Shown piece after piece: positions 11,274 to 22,448 of a stretch of 27,404 nt of DNA. The notes below the pieces were generated by a model. The model was not told the origin of the DNA and ran no database searches. It worked only from the letters and a program-made list of their open reading frames with translations. The position numbers and the translations under genes were made by a program. Each line of letters begins with the position of its first letter. Within the stretch, counting starts at the first letter, position 1. The DNA comes from Amoeboradix gromovi X-113 (lineage: Eukaryota > Fungi > Sanchytriomycota): assembly GCA_018985225.1 (NCBI GenBank), contig JADGIF010000046.1:1-27404 (forward strand). The letters are read 5' to 3'.

Positions 11274-11945
11274 GGGACACCAAATATAAAAACTAGACTA
11301 ACTCGTTTTTAAAGGAGGTGCACCATACGGAGGAAATCATTAATGAAAGATCTTCTATTATACCAATTTTCTTTCATTACCTTCAATCCCCTCTTCAAAA
11401 TAAAACTAGAAGACCCTGCATCTCGTTCAAATATGTGAGGTCTTGGAGCATCTAAGCAAAAGGTGCATTTTCTTAGACGGTACTCTTTCTTCATTTCATT
11501 TAATGTCATACTAACATCATTACTCTTATGTATTTCATTCTCACAGACATTACATTTCTTTGAAGTGTAATCTATGGACAGTCTCCCTGACTATTGTCTT
11601 GCTGAATTTCAATTTCGTTTTAACTGTTCCAAGAACTTAGTACTATGAATTGGTATTATGAATCAGAGGTTTATTTGAAATATTTCAGAGTGCTAGTATA
11701 GTTTTTACAGAGTAATAGTGATATTTTATTTGAAATAAAGACTGGATGAAAGAGTAAGAGAATAGCTGTACAGAATATTTATTTTTGAAATTTCGATACA
11801 AAAAGTTATTTATTTTCCTTTTATACTCGTCAACTCCGCAACTAGCTGAATGTCCACTCGCCTCTTGAATCCATAAAATTAATAAAGCTGAAATAATGTT
11901 CAAGTTGTTACACAAAGTTGGTCCAGTTTTTATATTTGATGTCCC
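11274..11945 (-). mobile_element. GGGACA-TIR element copy B (672 bp) carrying the Fanzor1 3' end; AT dinucleotide on both flanks
   Basis: AT|GGGACACCAAATATAAAAACTAGACTAACT ... AGTTGGTCCAGTTTTTATATTTGATGTCCC|AT. Confidence 0.9.
11309..11572 (-). pseudogene. Fanzor1 C-terminal fragment (second family)
   Basis: DYTSKKCNVC...KEYRLRKCTFC...IFERDAGSS gives the YTSKxC motif that follows RuvC-II, a CxxC/CxxC Zn finger and RuvC-III RD. Confidence 0.8.
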
Positions 11946-12639
11946 ATCTGTATAAAGTTTTAGTCAATTTAAAGATCTATTGATGATTGCCTTATATATC
12001 TCTTCATTATTAAGTGGCTCCAGTAGATTATAAAGTACATATTCACCACTTATAGCTTCGAAGAGTAAACTTCAGTTGAATTGTGAAATCTAACTTTAAA
12101 CCTGCACATATATTTGACTGCCCTCCATCTGCCATACTGCGCACAATCAGTTTTTGTAAGGTTGTAAACGAATCAAGTCTTCTAGTTATAGAATACTGTT
12201 AGCAAATGGGGAATGACCAACTTTGCGAAGAAAAAACATGGAATGACTATTTCGTCTTCTTTTTGGTGATAACATACTGGCTGTACTTCCAAAAAATAGC
12301 AAATTATTTTTAATGTGGGCGGCAATAGTGTATCAAGTAAAATTAAAAGAGACCGGGGACACCGCAAGATTAATAAGGTGTGTAGATTGATACAAACGAC
12401 TGCTATAAAATGATAAGTGTCATTATAAAAAGTCAATGGCTAGTATTATTTTACACCTTATGTCTTTGAAACACATTTGTATGTAACACTATGTTCGTGT
12501 CCTTTGATTTCACTGGATTTTATCTTAGTTACAATGCTAAGCATAGATCTATCAAAAAATTTAACTCTAGTGCAGTATCTGGCTCCAAATCTAGCCGTTA
12601 CTGATGCTGTTTCACTCACTTAGACGTATTTATTGAAAC

Positions 12640-15600
12640 ATGATTTTAACAGTTATGATTATTCGTGCAGTCCAATGTGGTCCATCTTTTGGAGCTTGCG
12701 CGGACCAATTATGCTGCAGTAAGTTTGGAAACTGTGGTGATTCTTCAGATTTTTGCGAGGTCAATGCAGGTTGTAATACTAAATATGGCTTCTGTTGGGG
12801 TGTATGTGCGCCTTATAATGGAGAGTGCACCGGGCCCACAGATTGTTGCTCCACGGATGGGTGGTGTGGCACCTCTAACGAGCATTGCAATCCTACTCCT
12901 AAAATTAGATCATGCGTTAATCCAAAACATGCTCACATCATGATAAATGCTCCGTTAAGAATTAGGCAATACTCAGATGCATTTAATTCTTTTAATATTT
13001 CTGGATCTTTCTTTATCAATGCTGATAACTACGCAAATATGAATGAATTAGACTTAGATTTATTGTATGCAGTTGATAATGGGCATGAAATCGGTATGTT
13101 TAGTAATCAAGTGCAAACATCCGGGAAATTGAGCTCTTTCTCTGCATATAATCTGATAAAACCTAATGTAGACATAATAAGGTATGTAAGCGGGGTTGCA
13201 CCAGTTGCGTACATCCCCAAATCATTTGAGAATGGCACATACACTCAAGCTGCCTCTCAACTAGGGCTGAGTCCGTTTTCAGATCCTACTTTTTCTTATA
13301 ACAGCTCTGAATCTTTAATTGATTCTTTGTTGATGAATTCTCCTCCAATATTAATGGCTCTTGATAGCGATGATTTCATTCAATCTTTGCCACAGATTAT
13401 TGATTACTACCAGTTTAAAAGGTTTAAATTTGTTTCTTTATCTGCATGTTTGGGTAAGCCTAAGTCACAATTTCCATTTACTGGTTTGAGGCCACGTAGC
13501 AAATCCAACAGACCAACGCCAATACATACTCCTTTACCGGTTCCTATTCAGTCTGCACCGTTTAATTCTTGCAATGATAAGCAAATTGCTGTGGTTGTTA
13601 TTGGGGGTCCTAGCAAGCATTACAACCATTATCTTAGATTAACGCAGGACTTGAATATTCCCATTAACTTCTTTCCTTCTACAAATGACTCTTCGATGGC
13701 TTATAATCGTGACGCTCTTGAACTATCAAAGAACAACCAATTTGGTCTTCAGTTTTCTTACAATGCCAAGTCTAATTCGTCTATTTTAACAAGCACTAAT
13801 TACCAGCGACAGGTTACCCAAATGCTCACTCATAACAATGGCCACATGTTTATTTATCCTGATTTTGGCGCATGGAATTCCTCGATTTTAGCGCAATGGA
13901 ATGATTTGGGATATACCGTGGTCAGTTCAAACTTGGACTCCGAAGATTGGAGGATAAATCCCAGTAAAAAAGATGTCATGGACTCTGTTGATGCTGCGTT
14001 GAGCTATGATGAAGATTCTGGTTATATTCTAACTTGCAGTGGCTATGTAGGTGTTTGTGCCGATGCAATTCCTAGTATTGCAGGTACGTTTCTCGTTAAT
14101 AACTATACTTTTGTTAATCTTGACACTTGTTTAAACCGGACTAACTCTAAGATTTTAGAGCCTCATCAATTCGAGTATAACAGTTTAGACACTTCTGTGG
14201 TTAGTGGGGCAGTTAGCTCATTCTGCGGACCACTATACAATAATCAGAAATGTGATACCAACTACTGCTGCTCTATTTTCGGTACTTGTGGATTAAACAA
14301 AAATTTTTGCTATGGCGATTACTTTTGCGGCTGGAACTGCAAGGGTGATGAGCCTCCATTTTTACCAGGAGCATTGGAGGAACCTATTTTGACATGCAAA
14401 AACAAGAAACAGGTTGCTTTAACCTTTGATGATGGTCCACATGCCAATTATACTGATTTGTATCTTGACGTGCTGCAGAGGCGTAATATAACGGCTACTT
14501 TCTTTGTTTCTGGATATAATTTAATAAAGAATCAGAAGCCATTCCTTAGGACTTTAAAACTGGGACATGAAATTGCCCATCATACTTGGAACCACAGCGA
14601 CTCCCAAATACTCATCAAAGATTCTGCTGGATTTGACTTTGATATGAAAAGTAACGCCGAACTGATCTACAATTTGACTGGCAAAAATCCACATTTCTTT
14701 AGGCCTCCTTTTGGAAGCTTTAATCAGGAAACTATGGATAGATGGCACGCTCTAGGCATGGTTCCTGTCATTTGGGATATAGATTCGAACGATTGGCGCA
14801 ATCCTACGTTGTTTGACCTTGCTTTCACTAACATCATAGATTCTTTTAATGCGGACACCGATGGCCCTCATATAATCTTGTGCCATGATATCCATCCTAC
14901 TTGTTTAAAACATCTAGATGACATCATTGACTTGTTTTTATCATTTAATTATACATTTGTGAATACTAGTGAATGCCTCGGTCTAAGTGAATGGCAGGAG
15001 GATGTAAAGCCTGATTCGGTGAGAACTCCCTTTCAAATTGAATATCCATCTCCCAAGAATGAATCTGAGAATGTACCAATAAGTTTAACCCATGATGCGA
15101 TAGCTAACTATAGCCAATCAATGAGCAGTGTTTATCAACCAGCTATTTATAAGAAGTGCATTAATAAGGTTGTACATATACTGGTGATTGATGGTCCCAG
15201 TGATGAAGGTATGCTTATACAAGAGGAACTTATAAATAACAAGATAAATGGTACTTGGATGCTGAGCGATACCATGGTTCAAAACTATAGACAAGTTCTG
15301 GATATAAGTAAGCAACAGGCTGTTGGCCTTAGTGATTTTACTGGAAATGCAACATTGGTTGACGAATTAAGAGAATTACTGCAAACACTGACTCACAATA
15401 ATGGGTACAGATATATATACAGCGATAACCATACTGCATTGGGTATTTACAATGATTTAGGATACTATTTGGTCCATAGTAACCTGGATCCTGAGGACTA
15501 CATGGATAACTCAACACTGTCCCTAAATACCATAAAGTCTGCTTTGCAATTAGACAGTAACAAAGGCTACATTATAAACTGCGGGGGATATACTCAGACG

Positions 15601-16630
15601 TGTGCTTCTATAATGGGGGAAATGGTTCAATTGTTTAAATCATATGGATATACGTTTGCTACACTACAGGACTGCCTAAGATTACCATTCATAGCAACCT
15701 CTTCAAGAACTTCTTCAGAACCGGCTGTCACTACTGCAGGTAACGCTGGTCTTAAGATTACGATACCAACTAGTCAAGTTTTTGGTAGCAACGCGACATA
15801 TCCAATAAGCAACCCACCGTATAATGCACAGTGCGGGCCTTTGAACGATAATCAAGGATGCGAGACATTCTATTGCTGTAACATGTATTTTTAATTAATT
15901 TAGATTTGGAGAATGCGGATTAAATGTGAACTCTTGCTATAGTGACTACTTTTGTGGATGGAAATGCAAAGGAAAGGCTCCAGAAATAGAAGCAGGAGCT
16001 CTAGAAGAGCCAATAAAGCACTGCAAGAACAATAAACAAGTGGCATTATCATTTGATGATGGTCCACATGGAACCTATACCGATATGTATTTGGATGTGT
16101 TAAAACGAAGGAATGTTACAGCAACGTTTTTTGTAAGTGGATATTCTATAATAAAGAATCCAAGTAAATTGTTGCGGGAGGCAAAAGAGGGGCATGAAAT
16201 AGGGCATCATTCATGGAATCACACAAATTCCCAGTCTCTGATAAATGATATTGCTGCGTTTGAGTATGACATGGGTCAAACTAGTAACCTGATATTCAAC
16301 ATAACAAAATTAAAACCTAAATTAATCAGACCACCATTCGGCAGCTACAATCAAGCAACGATGAATAAGTGGTACAAAGATGGAATGGTACCGGTGATAT
16401 GGGATATAGATAGCAATGATTGGAGGAATCCCACACGCGCTGATCTGGCATTCCAGAATATAGTGAATAAACTGAAGCTGGATACCACAGCAGGACATCT
16501 GGTTCTATGCCATGACATCATACCTACGTGCCTGCAGCATTTGGACGATATCATCGATTTATTTTTGAGCAATAATTACACATTTGTGACCACCAGTGAT
16601 TGTATAGAGGAGGATGCATATAAAGAATAA
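12640..16630 (+). CDS. Secreted multidomain chitin/polysaccharide deacetylase (CE4) with CBM18 domains; exons 12640-15884 and 15904-16630 (~1323 aa)
   Basis: Signal peptide and hevein-like CCSxxGxCG modules. Two complete NodB domains (T/SFDDGP, HxWNH, RPPFG, DSNDW, LCHD) and three degenerate NodB-like domains. A 19-nt intron joins the two ORF-track ORFs (CCNI|FGECG). Confidence 0.9.
15885..15903 (+). other. 19-nt intron GTATTTTTAATTAATTTAG
   Basis: GT-AG ends; removal gives YCCNIFGECG, matching the internal repeat YCCSIFGTCG, in frame with 15926..16630. Confidence 0.85.
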
Positions 16631-16803
16631 AAAGCTTGAGTTACTGTCAAATTTATTTTTAATCAAATTTCATGTACATTACTTAGTCGAATTTAGCTTG
16701 TTTTATGCGCACTGGGATTTGACTCTTCAAATTGTGGCTTATTTTTGCCAATCAAAATGGAGAAAACAAACTCTTAAGCTTTTGAACATCCCGTGACATT
16801 ACC

Positions 16804-18228
16804 ATGCTAATCATTCCGTCTTTAGTATGGAGCGTGACACCAATAGCCGATTGTTCTTTACTTCAGAGCATTGCTATCAGTTTAAATATGGACAAAACTA
16901 ATTCTGAAATCATGAAACAAATTCTGAGTGACTGCTGCGCGACAAGTGGCATCACGTGTAACAACGGCAGGGTAAATACAATTAACTGGGCATCCTTACG
17001 CCTTAATGGAACCATTAACTCGACCCAGCTTTTGCCTTCCGCTTTGACAAGTTTAAAACTAGACAATAACATTTTATCTGGAAATATAACAAATCTTGAA
17101 TTACCGAGTACCATGATAGTTTTTAGTGCTGTTTCCAACAGACTTGTCGGTAGTGTCCCAAAATTGCCGTACTCATTGCAATATTTACAGCTTGACAATA
17201 ATATTTTGACAGGGCTGTTCCCAATTTTAAATTCAAAGCTCACTTATTGTTCTCTATCTAACAATCAAATTTCAGGTAGTCTACCAAGTTTTTTGCCTGC
17301 TGCTATGATGTACTTCAAGGTACAAGCTAATGCGCTTACTGGGCCATTCTCTTTAGGCACGTACCCAAACAGTCTAAAATATGTTTATATTCAAAAAAAT
17401 CTGCTTCAAGGTACTGTAACAGATATGGGTAACAGCAGCATCATAGAGTTTACGGCACATGCTAACCTTCTTTCTGGTAAGGTTCCCTCCTTTCCCGTAA
17501 CACTTAAGCAACTTATTTTGGGATATGAGGGTTTCCCAGGAAACCAGTTTACAGGAGCCGTAGAATTATACCAACCAAAAGTTTTGCGTTTAAACAACAA
17601 CCTTATATCTAGTGTTATTATATATAACACTTCTCTCTTGACTACCTGTGATTTGTCTTACAATCCTTTTCTCAACATACTTAATGTTATTGATTTAAAT
17701 TGTTTGAAGAACGGGCTTTATGTTCCAAATCAACAAGCACCTCGGGAGGACTCATTATCAACATCTGCTTTTATGCAATCAAGCCCCACTGTAGTGATCA
17801 CCTACAGCATACCACAAGATTCAAAAATTCAAGACTCTAAAACCGAAGAAACTGAATCTAATCCAGTGACAGCATTAGAAAACTTCACAGAGAAATTCTA
17901 TGGTACTATTTCCTCCATTCAAAAATTGAAGAGCCGCTCAAGCAAAATGTACTCGTCGCCTACTGACAAGACGGATCTGAAATCTTTTACAAGCTTAGGG
18001 ACTGCAAACTTTTATAACACAAAGGAAGTACTTGTACAAGGACCAAGTACAGGAGAGAATAACGGCTCATTGGTTTATTGGTTGTTCGGAGGCTTTGCAT
18101 TAGCCTGTGCATTATTATTTTTGGCTGCAGCTGTGTTTAAAAGTCCGAAAATTTATTCCAAATTTGGAAGAAAGAACAGTTTTGCGACGCTGAACACCTT
18201 TGGAAACAAGACGGTTAGTAACATTTAA
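16804..18228 (+). CDS. Type I membrane LRR receptor-like protein
   Basis: Signal peptide, Cys cap (DCCATSGITC), plant-like LRRs (LxLxNNxLSG), Ser/Thr-rich stalk, TM helix (LVYWLFGGFALACALLFLAAAVF) and a short tail with RKNS. Confidence 0.85.
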   Translation: MLIIPSLVWSVTPIADCSLLQSIAISLNMDKTNSEIMKQILSDCCATSGITCNNGRVNTINWASLRLNGTINSTQLLPSALTSLKLDNNILSGNITNLELPSTMIVFSAVSNRLVGSVPKLPYSLQYLQLDNNILTGLFPILNSKLTYCSLSNNQISGSLPSFLPAAMMYFKVQANALTGPFSLGTYPNSLKYVYIQKNLLQGTVTDMGNSSIIEFTAHANLLSGKVPSFPVTLKQLILGYEGFPGNQFTGAVELYQPKVLRLNNNLISSVIIYNTSLLTTCDLSYNPFLNILNVIDLNCLKNGLYVPNQQAPREDSLSTSAFMQSSPTVVITYSIPQDSKIQDSKTEETESNPVTALENFTEKFYGTISSIQKLKSRSSKMYSSPTDKTDLKSFTSLGTANFYNTKEVLVQGPSTGENNGSLVYWLFGGFALACALLFLAAAVFKSPKIYSKFGRKNSFATLNTFGNKTVSNI

Positions 18229-18382
18229 ATTTATTTTGAAGGCGAGATTCAATAAACTTTTTGTTATAAACCAATTCGTAGTATATGGCTTTTCCACATT
18301 AAGCTGCTTCGTTGTCTGAAATCGAAAGTTCCGGCGTCGCATTTGATTTGAGGCGAGAAACGTCATTAAAAATTTGAAACAA

Positions 18383-20806
18383 ATGTTAATAATAATTTGG
18401 AACATTTACGCAGTCCAATGCGGACAGTTATTTGGACCATGTAGAGATGGATCTTGTTGCAGCAAGTTTGGATTCTGCGGAGATAACGAAGATTTTTGTG
18501 AAATAAATGCAGGGTGTCAGACGCAGTACGGATACTGTTGGGGTATATGTGCCCCACTTAACGGGAGATGTGTTGGAACAACAGATTGCTGCTCACTGGA
18601 TGGATGGTGTGGTACTAGCAATGAGCACTGCAATCCAACTCCATTGATTAAATCGTGCGTTAATCCAAAACATGCACATATAATGGTCGACGCCCCACTA
18701 AGGATACCGCAATATGTAGAAGCATTTAACTCATATAACATTTCTGGTTCATTTTTTGTATCTGCGGAATCTTATGCAAGCATCAACGAAGTTGATTTGG
18801 ATTTACTGCTAGTAGTTGATAACAATCACGAAATTGGCTTGATAAGCAGTCAAACCCAATCCAACGTAAAACTTACTCCTTCTCTCATATACAATACCAT
18901 AAAGCCCAACATTGATATTATAAGGTATGTAAGTGGGGTAGCTCCTATTGCATATTTGCCAAACTCGTTTGAAAACGGTACTTACCTTCAAGCAGCCGAA
19001 CATTTAGGTATGCCATCCTTGTATAACCCTTCTAATGTTTACCATAATAGTGAAGAACTAATAGACTCGATAATAACAAATTCTTCACCTTTGTTGATGG
19101 CGCTAGACAATGACTACTTCCTACAGGCGCTGCCAGCGATAATTGAATATTATAAATTCAAGAAGCTTCAGTTCGTAGCTCTGTCTACTTGCTTAAATAA
19201 ACCAAAAACTCAGTTTCCATATCAGGGAATTAGACCTAGAATCAAATCAAATCGTGTGGTTCGGCCATTTGTACATGCTCCAACTGCAGCGCAATATGCA
19301 CCATATAATCAGTGCAACAATAAACAGGTGTCTGTTGCAATAGAAGGCGGCCCCAGTATATACTTTCATGAGTACTTGAAAATTACAAAAGACTTGGGTA
19401 TCCCAATTAGCTTTTTCCCATCCGCAGACGACACTGCAATGGTATATAATCGCGAGGCTCTGGAACTTAGCCGTCATAATCAATTTGGGATTCAGGTGTC
19501 ATTCAATTTGACTTTTGGGCTTGATAAACTTGAGGCCAATACTACACATCAGCAACATGTCACACAAAAACTTACGCATAACAATGGTGACATGTTTTTA
19601 TTCCCAAACTTTGATGGCTGGAACACTACCACACTCCAATACTGGAACAACTTGGGATTTACAGTCGTCGGTGCAAATTTAGATTCTCAAGATTGGAATG
19701 TTAATACAACACAAACCACTTTACTGGAATCAATAAGTGAGGCATTGGAACATGACTCAAGCACTGGCTACATATTCACTTGTATTGCATATAGCAAAGT
19801 TTGTATTGATGCGTTCCCAAGAATTGTGGGACTGTTCTTACAGCACGACTACGAGTTTGTTAACATGACAACGTGTTTAAGCATTAAGGGAAATACAAAA
19901 ATTATAAATCCCCACCCTACGGAATACAACAGTGATGATACTTCAGTGGTTAGCGGAGCAGTTAGAGCGCTCTGCGGACCAAAGCACAATAATCAGAAAT
20001 GTGATGCCAACTATTGCTGCTCTATTTTTGGAACCTGTGGCTTGAGCAAAGACTACTGCTATGGTGATTACTTTTGCGGATGGAATTGTAAAGGTGACGA
20101 GCCTCCAGTATTAGCAGGGGCTCTGGAGGAACCTATAACATCTTGCAAAAAGGATAAAACGGTCGCGCTTACATTTGATGATGGCCCACATGCTAACTAC
20201 ACTGACATGTACCTGGATGTGCTAAAACAGAGAAACATAAAGGCAACATTCTTTGTTTGTGGGTACAACTTAATAAACAACCAAAAGCAGTTTTTTAGAA
20301 CTCGCTCAGAAGGACATGAAATAGCTCACCATACCTGGAATCATACGGATCCGCAAATATTAATTAAAGATTCTCAAGGTTTTGATTTGGATATGAATTC
20401 TACAGCAGATTTACTGTATGAGTTAACTGGCAAACACGCTTATTTCTTTAGGCCACCCTATGGTAGTTTTAATCAGGAAACATTGGATAGGTGGCACAAA
20501 TTAGGAATGCTGCCAATAAATTGGGATATCAACAGCTATGACTGGAAAAATCCAACAAAGTATGACATGGCCTTCAATAACATCGTTGCAGACTTCAATC
20601 TCAATACAAATAGTGGTCATATCGTTCTATGCCACGATATTATCCCCACATGCCTTACACATTTAGATATGATAATTGATCTATTTCTTAGTAATAATTA
20701 CACTTTTGTAACTATGAGCGAGTGCCTGGAGCTGGAGCCATGGCAGGAAAGCCCGCATCCACCACATATAGAATCTCACTATACTGTAGAGTACCCTACA
20801 AATTGA
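18383..20806 (+). CDS. Paralogous CBM18-CE4 chitin deacetylase (~807 aa)
   Basis: Colinear with the first ~810 aa of 12640..16630; one complete NodB domain (TFDDGP, HTWNH, RPPYG, LCHD); first ATG at 18383. Confidence 0.9.
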   Translation: MLIIIWNIYAVQCGQLFGPCRDGSCCSKFGFCGDNEDFCEINAGCQTQYGYCWGICAPLNGRCVGTTDCCSLDGWCGTSNEHCNPTPLIKSCVNPKHAHIMVDAPLRIPQYVEAFNSYNISGSFFVSAESYASINEVDLDLLLVVDNNHEIGLISSQTQSNVKLTPSLIYNTIKPNIDIIRYVSGVAPIAYLPNSFENGTYLQAAEHLGMPSLYNPSNVYHNSEELIDSIITNSSPLLMALDNDYFLQALPAIIEYYKFKKLQFVALSTCLNKPKTQFPYQGIRPRIKSNRVVRPFVHAPTAAQYAPYNQCNNKQVSVAIEGGPSIYFHEYLKITKDLGIPISFFPSADDTAMVYNREALELSRHNQFGIQVSFNLTFGLDKLEANTTHQQHVTQKLTHNNGDMFLFPNFDGWNTTTLQYWNNLGFTVVGANLDSQDWNVNTTQTTLLESISEALEHDSSTGYIFTCIAYSKVCIDAFPRIVGLFLQHDYEFVNMTTCLSIKGNTKIINPHPTEYNSDDTSVVSGAVRALCGPKHNNQKCDANYCCSIFGTCGLSKDYCYGDYFCGWNCKGDEPPVLAGALEEPITSCKKDKTVALTFDDGPHANYTDMYLDVLKQRNIKATFFVCGYNLINNQKQFFRTRSEGHEIAHHTWNHTDPQILIKDSQGFDLDMNSTADLLYELTGKHAYFFRPPYGSFNQETLDRWHKLGMLPINWDINSYDWKNPTKYDMAFNNIVADFNLNTNSGHIVLCHDIIPTCLTHLDMIIDLFLSNNYTFVTMSECLELEPWQESPHPPHIESHYTVEYPTN

Positions 20807-21923
20807 GCAGTCGCGGCTCTAGATAACTTGTACCAGTTGCTTTATTCTCGTAGGTAATCCCGAAGCAATACCGGTCTCCTGCTTAGCTAGAGCCATTTCA
20901 TCTTGTAGATAGTGCAGTTTCCAATGCTTCCAATTCTTCACATTAGACTATGGAACCCCATTATTCCCTTGCTTCGATAATAAAACTGTTAAAGTACTTG
21001 AATTAATTGTAATACAAAACTTTCACTTCTGCATAAGGAATGAGTGAGTCACTTATCAGGCTTTAGAGTGACATCAAAAGATTTAGATTGTGGCAATAAA
21101 CCTTTTAAATGCAATTTCCTAACCACATGTTCCTCGCCTGTAAACACTCAGAATGATTCTGAACATAATCTCGGTACCAACTACTCATGGACCTAAAACT
21201 ATTGTTTTGCTTTAATTTTGTAAAATTCTTTGTTTTTGATTAGTATTGAACGTCAGGTTGGAAAAGAAGATTTATGGGTAGTGAAAAGTCTACATCTAGT
21301 GTATTTAATAACATTTTGATGTACAATACGAATTGTGATGGTATGGAGGCACCAGTTGCAGCCAGTAGTCTGATAAGGATTATGAAATTTCACCTTCTTT
21401 CAATATAGCTTGAATTCTAATTAAGAAGTGATGTCCGGTAGAAATTTACAGCGTATTAATCGCACTTTCTTGTGACATTGAGTCTATAAAATTAATGAAA
21501 TAAGTCTCGACTAAAATCCATATTGGAGATCTAAAACTAAACATTATCTAACAAAAGATTCTCGTAGCTATGGAGTTCACTGTGGATGTACACAGATCAC
21601 CGAGATAATACAGCAAGAGCTAGGTTTGGTTTTTCTACGGTACTCCAAATAGGTAAATGTGGGTGAAGTTTTTATGGAGGCATTTCGTTTGGTGCCTCTT
21701 GAATTAACATGTTTTTTGGTTTAAGCGGTGTACTTAGTAATTTAGAGGAAATCACTATAGCAGTTCCATACTTCATTACTTGATAGGCTAATGAGAATCT
21801 TAACTTTTCTAATATCTACCACATCCGCACAGTCTGACTTAATTTCTGTCACGAATATTTAAAAGATTCTTGGAAAGTTGAAAATATTTATTAAATATTT
21901 TTCAGTCTCAGATCAGGTCCCAA

Positions 21924-22448
21924 ATGTTTCTGAAGATTCCTACGAATCCAAAAGTTATAGCGTCTATTTTTAACACAGATAAGGCGTTTATAATCGGAAA
22001 CACTAACTGCATATGGCCGTTATTTACTGAATGGTACCGCTGGAATAGCGAAATTAGAAATCCTTTTGACACTTTTGTGGAGGAGCAATTAAACAAAGCT
22101 TTTCCGAGTAATCTGTTTTATAGCCATATTAAGTATAAGGGTGCTTTTCTGCCATTTCAGCAGATGAGCGGACTTTACTTTGAGTCACATTCCAACTTGT
22201 CGATTCATCCAGTATATGGACCCTGGATTTCTCTACGTGCATTGGTATTAGGCGAAAATGTACCTAATGTACCGGAAATCTTTATAACATCTGATCAGTT
22301 AAAATCGATTCGCAAAATATCGCTAAATCCCTATCGATGGGAAAATCATGTAAAAATAAGAAAGTTGCTAGGAAGTTTTACCAAGTCTCAAAAGTATGAA
22401 TTCACATATCAACAGTTAATGTATCACTATAATCGAGTTTTAGTGTGA
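21924..22448 (+). CDS. MMACHC: MMACHC/CblC-like cobalamin-processing protein (start may be upstream)
   Basis: AFIIGNT..IW, NPFD, LPFQQM and IHPVYGPWISLRA resemble the CblC HPxxGxWxxxR motif. Confidence 0.7.
   Translation: MFLKIPTNPKVIASIFNTDKAFIIGNTNCIWPLFTEWYRWNSEIRNPFDTFVEEQLNKAFPSNLFYSHIKYKGAFLPFQQMSGLYFESHSNLSIHPVYGPWISLRALVLGENVPNVPEIFITSDQLKSIRKISLNPYRWENHVKIRKLLGSFTKSQKYEFTYQQLMYHYNRVLV

Noticed and set aside
11685-11915. 76-aa minus-strand ORF in the element left end
   Set aside because: Non-ATG start, disrupted in copy A, no domain
11950-12600. Possible pseudogene, including the 84-aa ORF
   Set aside because: Multiple stops; similarity to any family is too weak to support
20810-21900. 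Possible missing C-terminal exons of the second deacetylase
   Set aside because: No similarity to the paralog's last domains is visible
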